Assembly (NCBI GenBank): GCA_050916045.1
Contig: CP051526.1
Span: 3,936,001 to 4,000,000, forward strand
Length of the DNA: 64,000 nucleotides
From: Tepidisphaera sp.
Lineage (GTDB): Bacteria > Planctomycetota > Phycisphaerae > Phycisphaerales > UBA1924
Reading direction: 5' to 3'
Position numbers and translations under genes: made by a program. The notes beneath the pieces were generated by a model, which made no database searches, was not told where the DNA came from, and was given only the letters and a program-made list of their open reading frames with translations. Within the stretch, counting starts at the first letter, position 1. Each line of letters begins with the position of its first letter. Of this stretch, positions 50,588 to 60,626 are shown piece by piece.

Positions 50588-51316
50588 ATGCAACCACTCT
50601 CCCGCCGCGCGTTCGTCCTTTCCACTTCTGTGCTGCTTGCCGGCTGCGCCGCCGCTCCGCGAGCATCCGCCGACGTCACGCTTCTCAGCCAGCCGACCGT
50701 CATCGACCCCGCCCGCGTCGGTCTTGGGTTCTTCTCAAGCTCGCACGCCCGCCCCACCCGCAACTTCAAGCGAGGCGATGACTTCCGCCTCTCCGCCTCC
50801 GCCGAGCTCACCCGCATCCGCTGGTGGGGCCTGAGCGAAGGCCGCCTCTTCGACGACCTCCGCAACTTCGACCAGTACACCATCGAGCTCTACGAAGGCG
50901 TGCGCGATGGCAGCGCTCAGCCCCTCCCCGGCTCGCTCATCTGGACCGCGATCTTCGCCCCCGCGAACCTCTCGATCACCGCCACAGGCCGCGTCTCAAG
51001 CACCAGCGGCGCCGCCGAACACCTCTACGAAGCCTCGCTCGCTTCACCCGTCACCCTCGACGCCCACCGCGACTACATCCTCGCCGTCAGCGCCCGCTCC
51101 ATCAACACCCGCGGCGACGCATGGCAGTGGCAGGACAGCGAGTTCTTCGGCGGTCACGGAGCCAACTACTCCTACGCCTCCGCCCGCTGGTCCGCGTTCC
51201 AGGACACCGACAGCGCCTTTGAACTCATCGGCCGAACCGTCCCCGCCCCCGCCGCGATCAGTCTCGCCGGTCTGGCGTTGGCATGGCGCACATCGCGTCG
51301 CGCTCGCGGCGCATGA
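50588..51316 (+). CDS. Exported protein with VPAP-type PEP-CTERM sorting signal
   Basis: N-terminus SRRAFV...LAGC; DDFRL...IRWWG beta-rich domain; C-terminus VPAPAAISLAGLALAWRTSRR. Confidence 0.8.
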   Translation: MQPLSRRAFVLSTSVLLAGCAAAPRASADVTLLSQPTVIDPARVGLGFFSSSHARPTRNFKRGDDFRLSASAELTRIRWWGLSEGRLFDDLRNFDQYTIELYEGVRDGSAQPLPGSLIWTAIFAPANLSITATGRVSSTSGAAEHLYEASLASPVTLDAHRDYILAVSARSINTRGDAWQWQDSEFFGGHGANYSYASARWSAFQDTDSAFELIGRTVPAPAAISLAGLALAWRTSRRARGA

Positions 51317-52067
51317 CCCGCTCAAATTCTCCCGGCGTCACGCCCACGCTCCGACGAAACCACCGCGTCAGATGCGACTGATCCGAGAATCCGCACTCGC
51401 TCGCAAGCCGCGCGATCGACCGCCCCTCGCACGCAAGCTCCCGCGCCGCACGCCCAAGCCGCACCCGACGGTGATACTCGCCCACGCTCACGCCGTACTG
51501 CGCCGAAAAGCTCCGCGCCAGATGCGCCCGGTTCACCCCCGCATGCTCCGCAAGCTCCGCCAAGGTCGGAAGCTCTCCCTCATGAAGCCGGTCGCGAACC
51601 GCGCCAAGCCACCGCGCCCGCGCATCGCCGCGGTCACGCCATCGCACCCCCGCCGCCAAAAGCTCAAACCCGATCGACTCCACAGCAAGCGGAGACGAAG
51701 CATCCGAATCACGCACCTCGCGAAGCAGCCTCAGGCCAAGACCCACCGCTTTCGCCTGATCGATCCCCTTGCCGTCCGGATCATCCGCCCCCTCGACCTC
51801 ATCACGCCACGCCGACTTCGGAAAGACCAGATGAAGCGTGCGAAACCCCGTCCGCCCGCACGCGAATGAATGCTCGCGCTCGGGCGCGAAAAGCTCGATC
51901 GCCCCCGCGCGCGACTCCACCTCCGCCCCCGCATACGTCCCGACCCCCGCGCCCGCCAAGTTGAAGTCCACCGACCCCTGCTCGTGCGCATGCACACCCT
52001 GCCGAAACGTCGACGCGTACTGCTTGAGCTTGGCCACAAACACCCCGCCCGCCACCTGGCGCAGCAT
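51258..52067 (-). CDS. AraC-family transcriptional regulator
   Basis: Cupin-like HAHE...HSF; LAELAEHAGVNRAHLARSF; CGFSDQSHLTRWFRRSVGVTPG. Confidence 0.93.
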   Translation of the reverse strand: MLRQVAGGVFVAKLKQYASTFRQGVHAHEQGSVDFNLAGAGVGTYAGAEVESRAGAIELFAPEREHSFACGRTGFRTLHLVFPKSAWRDEVEGADDPDGKGIDQAKAVGLGLRLLREVRDSDASSPLAVESIGFELLAAGVRWRDRGDARARWLGAVRDRLHEGELPTLAELAEHAGVNRAHLARSFSAQYGVSVGEYHRRVRLGRAARELACEGRSIARLASECGFSDQSHLTRWFRRSVGVTPGEFERVMRRERDAMCAMPTPDRRD

Positions 52068-52205
52068 CGTCCACCCCTCGCCCCGATCCAAAGCCTGCGC
52101 CCGTGCTTGACGTTGCGGAGTTTCGTGCGTCACGAAGGGATGTACGGATCCGCCACGGCGCAGTTTCACAAACCCGCCGTGCGCACAAACCTTCCGTCCG
52201 AAAAC

Positions 52206-53576
52206 TCAGTTCCCCGTGGAACCCTCGGCAAGCCTCGCTTCGCCCCGACGCGCCGCAAGCAGCACCACCGCCAGAACCAGCAGTGCAATCGGCGCCATCG
52301 GCAACGCCAGGTTCGTGAACCACCACGACTCCGAGATGCTCGCCGGAATCCGAGGCCGCTTGGGATCGGCGAGCACCATCAGCGTGCTCGCCCAGGGCAG
52401 CAGGAAGACCCCGCACCCCGCCAGCGTCACCACCACCGGCACGGTCACGCGCCGGGAAGCGACCTCCCGGGCCGCCCATGCCAGCGGGAAGAAAAGCACC
52501 GCCGCGTCGTAAATCCGGTGGTACACCACCAGCATCGAGATCACCGAAACAAACGCGAGCGAGAGCACCTCGCCACGGGGCTCGGGCTTCTTGCGGTCCG
52601 CCACAAAGTACCCAAGGCACATCGCTCCGCAGATCCCGTAGACCAGCAACTTCACGGTGTCCGCGCTCGCGATAAACCCGTGCAGGAAGTAATGCAGGTT
52701 GATCAGGTGGTAACGAAGCGGGTTGCTCTCCGTCGGGTTGGCATTGTTCGAGTTCGCGAACGCTTGCACGTTGGATTGCCACTTGGGCACCCAGTCAATC
52801 CCGGCCCGCCAAAGCCACCAGACGCCCACGGCCGAGACAATCGCGATCGTCAGCACGGCCACGAACGCCGCTCCCCATCGCTTGCGGCCAAACTCGTACG
52901 CGAGAAAGAGAAGCCCGATCTGCGGCTTGAGACAGCACGCCACACCGATCAGGATCCCTGGATACCCCGGCGGCGAGCCCTGCGCCCGCAGCGCATGCGC
53001 GAGCGCGATCAGAAACACGGTCAGAATCGAGACCTGGCCGACCGAAATCGACGTATGCCCCGGAGCCATCAGGATCGCCGCTCCGAACGCAAACCACCAC
53101 GCCGCCCCCCGCGGTGAAAGCCCGGCAAGCCCAAGCACCAGCACCACCGAACCGCCCAGAAGCAGCGTGTTCAGCACCGTCCAAAGCAGCCGCGACGTCG
53201 CCCAATCCGTCAGGCACCACGGCGCCAAAAGCACAAATGTCGGTGGCGGATACACGAGCAGGTCATCCACCCGCTCGCTCGGTGCTTCGACCCCGGCCAG
53301 CTCTCCGCTATGGGCCCGCCAGATCTCAAGCGTCTCCTGAGAGGAGTACGGGTTGCTCCCCTCGGCCCAGGCCCGTGTGGACTGCCACATCAGCGAGAAG
53401 TCGCTGCTTCCCCCGTACTCGAGGTGCCCGTTGATCATCTCGCCGGGCTCCAGAGCACGCATCGGCCCGCGCCACGCCATAAACGCCATGGCGGCCACGG
53501 CGAACACGACCGCAACCAACATCAAAGCCCGCGCGGGGGCGGAGGAAGCCGGCTTTCCTGGAGCATCACTGGGCAT
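52206..53576 (-). CDS. Glycosyltransferase family 87 (DUF2029) membrane protein
   Basis: DF...G.NPY, YPPPTFVLLAP, GQVSIL, LKPQIG, YHRIYD; many TM segments. Confidence 0.87.
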   Translation of the reverse strand: MPSDAPGKPASSAPARALMLVAVVFAVAAMAFMAWRGPMRALEPGEMINGHLEYGGSSDFSLMWQSTRAWAEGSNPYSSQETLEIWRAHSGELAGVEAPSERVDDLLVYPPPTFVLLAPWCLTDWATSRLLWTVLNTLLLGGSVVLVLGLAGLSPRGAAWWFAFGAAILMAPGHTSISVGQVSILTVFLIALAHALRAQGSPPGYPGILIGVACCLKPQIGLLFLAYEFGRKRWGAAFVAVLTIAIVSAVGVWWLWRAGIDWVPKWQSNVQAFANSNNANPTESNPLRYHLINLHYFLHGFIASADTVKLLVYGICGAMCLGYFVADRKKPEPRGEVLSLAFVSVISMLVVYHRIYDAAVLFFPLAWAAREVASRRVTVPVVVTLAGCGVFLLPWASTLMVLADPKRPRIPASISESWWFTNLALPMAPIALLVLAVVLLAARRGEARLAEGSTGN

Positions 53577-53620
53577 TCCAGCATTATCGGCATGCTCGCA
53601 GGCTCACGATACCATCGGGT

Positions 53621-54475
53621 GTGCGTCCCGATAAACCTCTTTACAGTCGGATCCTCCGCCGCGTGCTGATCTGGATCGTGATTCTGTGCTCGATAACGCT
53701 CCTGGTCCGCTGGACGGGGTTCGCGGACCGTGCGTTCTTCCACCCCGGCCGGGACACCCCGCCGCCGCCGATCGGAGCCGAGGAGATCTGGTTCACCAAC
53801 CGCGACGGGCACAGGCTCCACGGCTGGCTCCTCAAGCCCGCCGGCATCGACCGGCCGCCGGTCGTGATCCACTGCCACGGCAACGCCGGCACGATCGACG
53901 ACCATCTGGGCTTCTCCGATTTCCTCGTGGAAGACGGCTTGGCCGTCTTCATCTTCGACTACCGCGGGTACGGCCGGTCGGATGATCACAAGCCGTCGCG
54001 AGCCTCCATCATCGAGGACACTTCAGCCGCGCTCGACTTCGTCCTGACCCGCTCAGACCTTGATCTCGCCCGCATCGGCCTCCTGGGCGTCAGCCTCGGG
54101 GGTGTTCCCGCCTCGCATGTGGCCGCTTCGCGAGCGGAGGTCCGTGCGCTGGCTCTCGTTTCACCCTTCTCTTCCTGGCGCGGCGTCGCCCGGGACCATC
54201 TGCCGATCATCGCGGGCCTCCTCGTTCAATCGGGGTCGGATCCGATGGAAGCCGTCGCCAGACTCGGGTCGCGGCCGTTCTTTATCCTGCACGGCGACCG
54301 CGACAGGATCGTGCGACCGCACCACGGCGAGCGGCTGCACCTAGCCGCGACCGTCGCCGGTGTGCGTGCGACCCTCCGTCCGGTCGTCGACGCCGACCAC
54401 AACGACATCATGGAGTTTCCCGAAGCCCGCGCCGCACTGGCCGAGTTCTTCGCGACTTCGCTCCAGAGCCCGTGA
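53621..54475 (+). CDS. Alpha/beta hydrolase (YfhR/ABHD13-like)
   Basis: CHGNAG, FDYRGYGRS, GVSLGG, LHGDRDRIV, ADHND. Confidence 0.92.
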   Translation: MRPDKPLYSRILRRVLIWIVILCSITLLVRWTGFADRAFFHPGRDTPPPPIGAEEIWFTNRDGHRLHGWLLKPAGIDRPPVVIHCHGNAGTIDDHLGFSDFLVEDGLAVFIFDYRGYGRSDDHKPSRASIIEDTSAALDFVLTRSDLDLARIGLLGVSLGGVPASHVAASRAEVRALALVSPFSSWRGVARDHLPIIAGLLVQSGSDPMEAVARLGSRPFFILHGDRDRIVRPHHGERLHLAATVAGVRATLRPVVDADHNDIMEFPEARAALAEFFATSLQSP

Positions 54476-54517
54476 CCTCTTGCTTTCAACGTCTCGGGGT
54501 GTTAGGGTGATGTCCGC

Positions 54518-56818
54518 ATGGCGAGTCCGATGACCAGTGACGTCCAGACCAACCCGCGAGCGGGCGTGGAAATGTCATCGGCCGTCGAGAAAAAGGTCTC
54601 CGCGGAGCTCGAACGCGTCTGGGGATTCTCGACCCTCCGTCCCAACCAGCGCGAAGCCATCGCGACCACGCTCGCGGGCCGCAACTCGCTGGTCGTCATG
54701 CCCACCGGCGGCGGAAAGTCGCTCTGCTACCAGCTTCCACCGCTGATCACCGGCAAGCTCGCGGTGGTGGTCAGCCCGCTGATCGCTCTCATGAAGGATC
54801 AGGTTGATGGGCTTCGCCTGCTGGGTTATCCCGCCGCGGCGCTCAACAGCAGCGTCGAGATCGAGGACACGCGCGAGGTCTGGAAGCAGATCGAGCGGAA
54901 CGAGCTCCGCCTGCTCTTTGTCTCGCCCGAGCGGCTTTTCTCGCCGTCTTTCCTTGCCCGCATGGTGAAAGCGGACGTGCGAACGATCGCGGTGGATGAA
55001 GCGCACTGCATCAGCCAGTGGGGCCACGACTTTCGCCCGGAGTATCGCCGCCTGCGCGAGCTTCACGAGGTGCTGCCGGGCGTTCAGATCAACGCGTACA
55101 CCGCGACCGCGACCCCGGCCGTCCGCGAGGACATCGTCGAGCAGCTTCAACTGAAGAATCCCGCGGTGCTCGTCGGGGTCTTTGACCGGCCGAACCTGAC
55201 GTACCGCGTGCTCCCGCGCGTGGATGTGACCCGGCAAGCCGCCGACGCCGTCCGCCGGCACTCGACGCAGGCTTCGATCATCTACTGCATCTCGCGCAAG
55301 GACACCGAATCGCTCGCCGACGCACTGCGAGCCCTCAAGATCGACGCCAAAGCCTACCACGCGGGTCTCACGCCCGAAACCCGCCGCCGCATCCAGGAGG
55401 ACTTCGCGAACGAGCGTCTCTCGGTGGTGGTGGCGACGGTCGCTTTCGGCATGGGGATCGACCGGTCGGACGTCCGGTGCGTGGTGCACGCGGGGCTCCC
55501 CAAGTCGCTGGAGCATTACCAGCAGGAGACGGGCCGCGCGGGCCGCGACGGGCTGCCGTCGGAGTGTCTGATGCTCTATTCGGCCGCGGACGCGACCCGC
55601 TGGCAGATGCTCTTCTCCAAGTCCGTCGAGTCCGGAGAAGGAAGCCCGGAGTGGCAGGAGCAGCAGCGCGAGCACCTGGACCGGATGCAGGGATACTGCA
55701 CCTCCGCTTCGTGCCGACACGGGCTTCTCTCCGCGTATTTCGGCCAGACGTACGCCCCGCCCTCCTCCGCCGGATGCGGAGCGTGCGACGTCTGCCTCGG
55801 CGAGGTCGAGACGGTCGAGGATTCGATGGTGATCGCCCAGAAGATCCTGTCCGCCGTCGCTCGCGCCTCGCAAACCCGTCGCCATGACGGCTCGCTCGCC
55901 ACTTTCGGCGTCGCCCACATCACCAAGATCCTCAAGGGAAGCAACGACAAAGCCGTGCGCGAGTGGGGGCACGATCAGCACTCGACCTTCGGCCTGCTCG
56001 CCGACCTGCCCAAAGCCGAGATCTCCTCGTACATCCACCAGCTTTCCGACATGGGTTTCCTTGGCCGCACTCCCGGCCAGTTCCCCACGATCTACTGCAC
56101 CCAGACCGCTCGCGATGTGCTCAAAGGCGCCGTTCAGGTCCGCCTCGGGCGTTCCAAAGCCATCACCGCCGAAGCCGACCAGCTCAACGCCCGGGACCGG
56201 TCAAGCGGGCGCCGCGATATCGGTGTTCCCAGTGATCCCGGGATGTTCGAAGCACTCAGGGTCCTGCGGCGGTCCATCGCAAGCGAGCGCGCCGTCCCGC
56301 CGTACGTCATCTTCTCCGACGCGGTGCTCGAGGAGATCGCCGCCGTCCGGCCCACCCGACGCGAGACCTTCCGGACCATCCGCGGCGTCGGTGAGCGCAA
56401 GCTCGAGGATTTCGGACAGACCTTCGCCCGCGCGATCAAGGACTACTGCGCCACGCACAACCTGGCGACCGACACCACGCTCGGGTCGGGAAAGGCGACC
56501 GCAGGACCCGCTCCCCTGTCGCCCAACAAGCAGCGGGCACTCCCGCTTTTCGAAGCCGGGCGGCCGATCGACCAGGTCGCGAGCGAGCTCAACCTCGCGA
56601 CCAGCACGGTGACCAATTACCTCGTCGAGTTCATCCAGACCGGACGGATCCCGACGACCGAGCCCTGGCTTGCCGAAGCCGCCCGAGCGGAGATCCTCGC
56701 GGTCGCGACCAAGATCGAAGCGGACAAGCTCGCCCCGGTGTTCGAGCATTTCGGCGGCAGGTACGACTGGGACCACATCCGTCTGGCGTTCGCGTCCGTG
56801 GAAACGTCCCGGTCCTGA
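54518..56818 (+). CDS. recQ: DNA helicase RecQ (Zn/RQC, HRDC and C-terminal HTH domains)
   Basis: MPTGGGKSLCYQ, VDEAHCISQWGHDFRPEY, ATVAFGMGID, QETGRAGRDG, CGACDVC, VPPYVIFSD. Confidence 0.97.
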   Translation: MASPMTSDVQTNPRAGVEMSSAVEKKVSAELERVWGFSTLRPNQREAIATTLAGRNSLVVMPTGGGKSLCYQLPPLITGKLAVVVSPLIALMKDQVDGLRLLGYPAAALNSSVEIEDTREVWKQIERNELRLLFVSPERLFSPSFLARMVKADVRTIAVDEAHCISQWGHDFRPEYRRLRELHEVLPGVQINAYTATATPAVREDIVEQLQLKNPAVLVGVFDRPNLTYRVLPRVDVTRQAADAVRRHSTQASIIYCISRKDTESLADALRALKIDAKAYHAGLTPETRRRIQEDFANERLSVVVATVAFGMGIDRSDVRCVVHAGLPKSLEHYQQETGRAGRDGLPSECLMLYSAADATRWQMLFSKSVESGEGSPEWQEQQREHLDRMQGYCTSASCRHGLLSAYFGQTYAPPSSAGCGACDVCLGEVETVEDSMVIAQKILSAVARASQTRRHDGSLATFGVAHITKILKGSNDKAVREWGHDQHSTFGLLADLPKAEISSYIHQLSDMGFLGRTPGQFPTIYCTQTARDVLKGAVQVRLGRSKAITAEADQLNARDRSSGRRDIGVPSDPGMFEALRVLRRSIASERAVPPYVIFSDAVLEEIAAVRPTRRETFRTIRGVGERKLEDFGQTFARAIKDYCATHNLATDTTLGSGKATAGPAPLSPNKQRALPLFEAGRPIDQVASELNLATSTVTNYLVEFIQTGRIPTTEPWLAEAARAEILAVATKIEADKLAPVFEHFGGRYDWDHIRLAFASVETSRS

Positions 56819-56860
56819 TCTTCGCCGACCCGCGCGGCCGCCGGCCACTACCATCCGCCG

Positions 56861-57550
56861 ATGGCCGCCGACCCAGATCTTCCCGTCCTGACCCAGGAAC
56901 CCGTCCGCATCAGCCGGAACGCCGCGCTTTCCCTCGTCGCGGCGTTGTTCTGCTGCATCCCCGGGATCGGCCTGATCGCGGCGGTCCTCGGCGTGGTCGC
57001 TCTTTACCGCATCGGCGGTTCCGGGGGCAAGCTCGGAGGCCGCACCCTCGCCGCCGTCGGCCTCACGCTCGGCCTGATCTCAACCTCGGTCTGGCTTAGC
57101 CTCGGCCTTGGCATGCGGCAGGCCTACGCGACCTACACGCAGAGCGTCGCGGCTCCGATGGTGAAATACTTCCAAGCCGTGCCCGGGACCGATCCAGCCC
57201 CGGTCGTCGCGATCTTCGACGCTTCCGCGCAGCCGACCCAAGCCCAGATCGACGCTTTCCGCTCGCAGCTCGCGTCCCAGCTCGGCGCACCCGTCGGCCC
57301 GATCAACACCCTCGAGGACGCTCAAGTGACGTGGGCGATGCGCGGCTCAGTCGTCGGCCTCGACGCGACCCGCCAGTATGTGAGCGGCCCGCTTCGGTTC
57401 GAGAAGAGCCTCGCGATGGTTCTTTTCCGCCTCGCTCCAAACACGCCGCCGACCGCTTACTTCCCCGCCACCGGCGTCGATCAGATCATCATCCTGCTCC
57501 CGTCGGGGCAATCGCTGAAGTTCCCCGACGGCGTGGAGGCCGCACGATGA
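56861..57550 (+). CDS. DUF4190-domain membrane protein
   Basis: AALSLV...LGVVALYRI...GRTLAAVGLTLG. Confidence 0.8.
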   Translation: MAADPDLPVLTQEPVRISRNAALSLVAALFCCIPGIGLIAAVLGVVALYRIGGSGGKLGGRTLAAVGLTLGLISTSVWLSLGLGMRQAYATYTQSVAAPMVKYFQAVPGTDPAPVVAIFDASAQPTQAQIDAFRSQLASQLGAPVGPINTLEDAQVTWAMRGSVVGLDATRQYVSGPLRFEKSLAMVLFRLAPNTPPTAYFPATGVDQIIILLPSGQSLKFPDGVEAAR

Positions 57551-58455
57551 CGAGTTTCTCGACTTCCTCGCAGACCCAGCCCGTCATCTCGATGCGGGGC
57601 GTCAAGCGAATCGCCGGCGGCCGAACGATCCTCGACTCCGTCGACCTGGACATCATGCCCGGCGAAACCATGGTCATCATGGGCGGCTCGGGCTCGGGCA
57701 AGAGCACCATGCTCCGCCTCATGATCGGCGCCATCGCCCCCGACGCCGGCACGATCACCATGCTCGGACAGGATATCGGCAAGCTCCCCGAGCGGGGCAT
57801 GAACGAGCTCCGAAAGAAGTTTGGAATTCTCTTCCAGTCCGGCGCCCTCTTCAACTCCATGTCCATCGCGGACAACATCGCTCTCCTCCTCCACGAACAC
57901 ACCGACCTCCCCCGCGAGATCATCGATTTCCACGTCAAGCTCAAGCTCGAAGCCGTCGGCCTCCTCGAACACGGCCACAAGTTCCCCTCGGAGATCTCGG
58001 GCGGCATGAAAAAGCGAGCCGGCCTCGCACGGGCGCTCGCGCTCGACCCCGTCATCCTGTTCTACGACGAGCCTTCCGCCGGCCTTGACCCTGTCACCAG
58101 CGCCCAGATCGACCAGCTCATCATCTCGCTGTCCAAGAAGCTCAACGTCACCTCGATCGTCGTGACGCACGAGATGGACTCGGCGTTCACGATCGCGGAT
58201 CGGATGGCGATGCTCGATTCGGGCCGGCTGATCAAGGTCGCGGATCGTGCGTGGTACGACCAGCTCCGCCGCACCTCCGTCGAGGAAGCCGCCGGGCTTT
58301 CCGACACCGACCGGCTGATCCGACAGTTCCTCCGCGGCGACGCCGAGGGACCGCTCGCCGAGCGCCGGAGCGTTGAAGCCTTCGAACGGGCGCTCATCGG
58401 AACCGCGGGCCAGCTGCTCCCGACGCCCAGCATCGAACCCACGCGCACGCGCTGA
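57547..58455 (+). CDS. ABC transporter ATP-binding protein, MlaF/Ttg2A family
   Basis: GGSGSGKST, FQSGALFNSMS, ISGGMKKRAGLARAL, YDEPSAGLDP. Confidence 0.92.
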   Translation: MTSFSTSSQTQPVISMRGVKRIAGGRTILDSVDLDIMPGETMVIMGGSGSGKSTMLRLMIGAIAPDAGTITMLGQDIGKLPERGMNELRKKFGILFQSGALFNSMSIADNIALLLHEHTDLPREIIDFHVKLKLEAVGLLEHGHKFPSEISGGMKKRAGLARALALDPVILFYDEPSAGLDPVTSAQIDQLIISLSKKLNVTSIVVTHEMDSAFTIADRMAMLDSGRLIKVADRAWYDQLRRTSVEEAAGLSDTDRLIRQFLRGDAEGPLAERRSVEAFERALIGTAGQLLPTPSIEPTRTR

Positions 58456-58473
58456 ACCTCGTACCCTTCGACG

Positions 58474-58941
58474 ATGCGATACATCGCGGTCGATCTCGGG
58501 GATGCTCGCACCGGCCTGGCGGTGGGCGATGATGTCACCCGCATCGTCTCGCCCCTCGAAGTCGTCGAGTGCCCCACCGGCCTCTGCGGCGGCGAAGCGT
58601 TGCTCGACCTTCTCCAAGCCGCGATCGACCGCGTCGCCTCGCCACGCTCGCCGTGCGAACTCGTCATCGGGCTCCCGCTCAACATGGACGACACCGAGGG
58701 GCCGCGAGCCAAAATCGTGCGGACGTTCGCGCAGCGACTCGCCGCCCGCACCGGCAGGCCGGTCCACTTCCAGGATGAACGGCTCACCTCCAGCGAAGCC
58801 GACTGGTCCATGGCCCGCTCCGGCATGACCCGCAAGCAGAAGAAAGAACGCCGCGACGCCCTCGCCGCGGCCGCCATCCTGCGCGATTTCCTCGCACGCC
58901 CTACCCAGAGCGAAAGCCCCGACGCTGTCGATGAGCATTGA
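58474..58941 (+). CDS. ruvX: YqgF/RuvX family nuclease
   Basis: IAVDLGDARTGLAVGD, VIGLPLNMD, QDERLTS, DALAAAAIL. Confidence 0.95.
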   Translation: MRYIAVDLGDARTGLAVGDDVTRIVSPLEVVECPTGLCGGEALLDLLQAAIDRVASPRSPCELVIGLPLNMDDTEGPRAKIVRTFAQRLAARTGRPVHFQDERLTSSEADWSMARSGMTRKQKKERRDALAAAAILRDFLARPTQSESPDAVDEH

Positions 58942-60138
58942 TCACGCCGCGCTGCGGCGAGCTCGCACGGACGCGAGCGCCCGGCGGTACGCCTCGGCTT
59001 CGAGCTTCGCCACCTGGTCGATGCCGAAGTACATCGCCGAGGTGCGAGCCGCGGTCCCGCCGAGAAGATCGCACCAGTCCGTATCGGACAAAAGCCCCGA
59101 GAACGCGTTGGCGAAGTCCGACGGGCCGGACGTCGGAACAAGCACACCCGTCGAACCCGTCCGCACCAGCGAGCTAAGCCCCGGCGAGTCCGCCACCACG
59201 GCCACCGCCCCCGCCGCCATCGCATCGATCACCGATCGCGGGTGGCCCTCAAGCTCGGATGCTTGCGCGTAGATCAAGCAGCGCGCCATCCGCTCACGCA
59301 GCGCCGCGTACCCCATCGGCGGCACGAATCGCACCGGCGCAGACAAGCTCGCCGCGATCCCCTGGAGATTCGCAAGCTCCGGCCCGTCGCCCACCACCTC
59401 AAGCGTCACACGCGAACGAAGCTCTTCGTCCAGAGCGGCGACGGCTTCGATCAGGATGCCGATCCGCTTGCGAGCAACCAGCTCTCCCGCGGTGATGATC
59501 AGGCCCGGCTCGCGCTCTGACGCGGTCAGGGTGTTTTCGCACGGAACGACGAAGTTGGGAACGACCGCCGTTCGGCCAAGGTCGATGCAGTACCGCCAGC
59601 AGAGGTCGCGAACCATCTCGTCGGTCGTGCCCACGAGCAGATCGGCCGAAAGGCAGAGCCGGCGTTCCGCGACCTTCGCCATCCGCGCCTGCGGTGACGC
59701 GGGACCGAACTCCAGCGCCGCGAACCGCGACCAGAGGAACCCCCCGCGCGTGATCAGCGCCGCGACGTGCCCCTGCGCACGGGCCCGGTCACGGATCTCA
59801 ATTGCGATCCCGCCCACGGTCAACTGTTCGGTGCGCACAATCGTCGACCCCGGCAGCAGCTCGCGAGCCACCCGCTCAACCGCCGCGTCCTCCCCGGCTT
59901 CCTCCGACCCGATCCGCTGTAGCCGGAGGTCAAAGCGGCCCCCGGCCCTTTGGACCAGCTCAGCTTCGACGGAGCCATCGTCTGATTCGCCACTGAGTAC
60001 CAGGACAACCCTCCGAAACAGGGGTCCAACCCGGTCGTATAAACACCAGTCGCGCTCGAGGAGTCCGACTCGTTTCCACTTTGCAATGCCCATGCCGCGA
60101 GGCATGACCACCACGAGATTGTCAGCGATCGGCTGCAT
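58942..60138 (-). CDS. Glycosyltransferase family 4
   Basis: VVPNFV, GELVARKR, VGDGPE, SELEGHPRSVIDAMAAG, TGVLV. Confidence 0.88.
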   Translation of the reverse strand: MQPIADNLVVVMPRGMGIAKWKRVGLLERDWCLYDRVGPLFRRVVLVLSGESDDGSVEAELVQRAGGRFDLRLQRIGSEEAGEDAAVERVARELLPGSTIVRTEQLTVGGIAIEIRDRARAQGHVAALITRGGFLWSRFAALEFGPASPQARMAKVAERRLCLSADLLVGTTDEMVRDLCWRYCIDLGRTAVVPNFVVPCENTLTASEREPGLIITAGELVARKRIGILIEAVAALDEELRSRVTLEVVGDGPELANLQGIAASLSAPVRFVPPMGYAALRERMARCLIYAQASELEGHPRSVIDAMAAGAVAVVADSPGLSSLVRTGSTGVLVPTSGPSDFANAFSGLLSDTDWCDLLGGTAARTSAMYFGIDQVAKLEAEAYRRALASVRARRSAA

Positions 60139-60346
60139 CGTCTTCTGGTCAGACCATCGACGCTTTTGCGGGCGCGTTTCAGAAGGTTTGGCAAGCCAAG
60201 GGCGTCGGAGAGCTGTCGATCCATTCAAAATCCAAACAAACGATCAATCGGACCCGGGGGTTCCCTCGAACCGGCCGGGGTATTCGGACGAACCTATGGC
60301 ACCGGGCCGGCGCGTGGAGGGGCCGTCCCGGGTAGGATCCATCCAT

Positions 60347-60568
60347 ATGAAACGCATCCGCACCATTTCCGTCGTCGCCGCGCTGGCTCTGGCCTCCGCC
60401 GCCACGGCTCAGCCCGGCAAGAAGAACGCTGAAGAGCTGCCCGTCCCCCCGACCACGAGCAAGCTGGAAGCCCCCGGGATCATCGTCCCGTACCTGCTCG
60501 CTTTCGTGCTGATCGGCGCGATCGTGGGCATCACGACGATCCCCTCCAAGCGCGGCCACCAGGACTGA
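60347..60568 (+). CDS. Small exported/membrane protein (73 aa)
   Basis: Signal peptide (ATA|Q), short linker, C-terminal TM, tail PSKRGHQD. Confidence 0.75.
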   Translation: MKRIRTISVVAALALASAATAQPGKKNAEELPVPPTTSKLEAPGIIVPYLLAFVLIGAIVGITTIPSKRGHQD

Positions 60569-60626
60569 ACCTGGCCGCGTCCGCCGGTACCAAACCGGCC
60601 CAAGCCCTCAGGCAAGGAGTCTTTCC

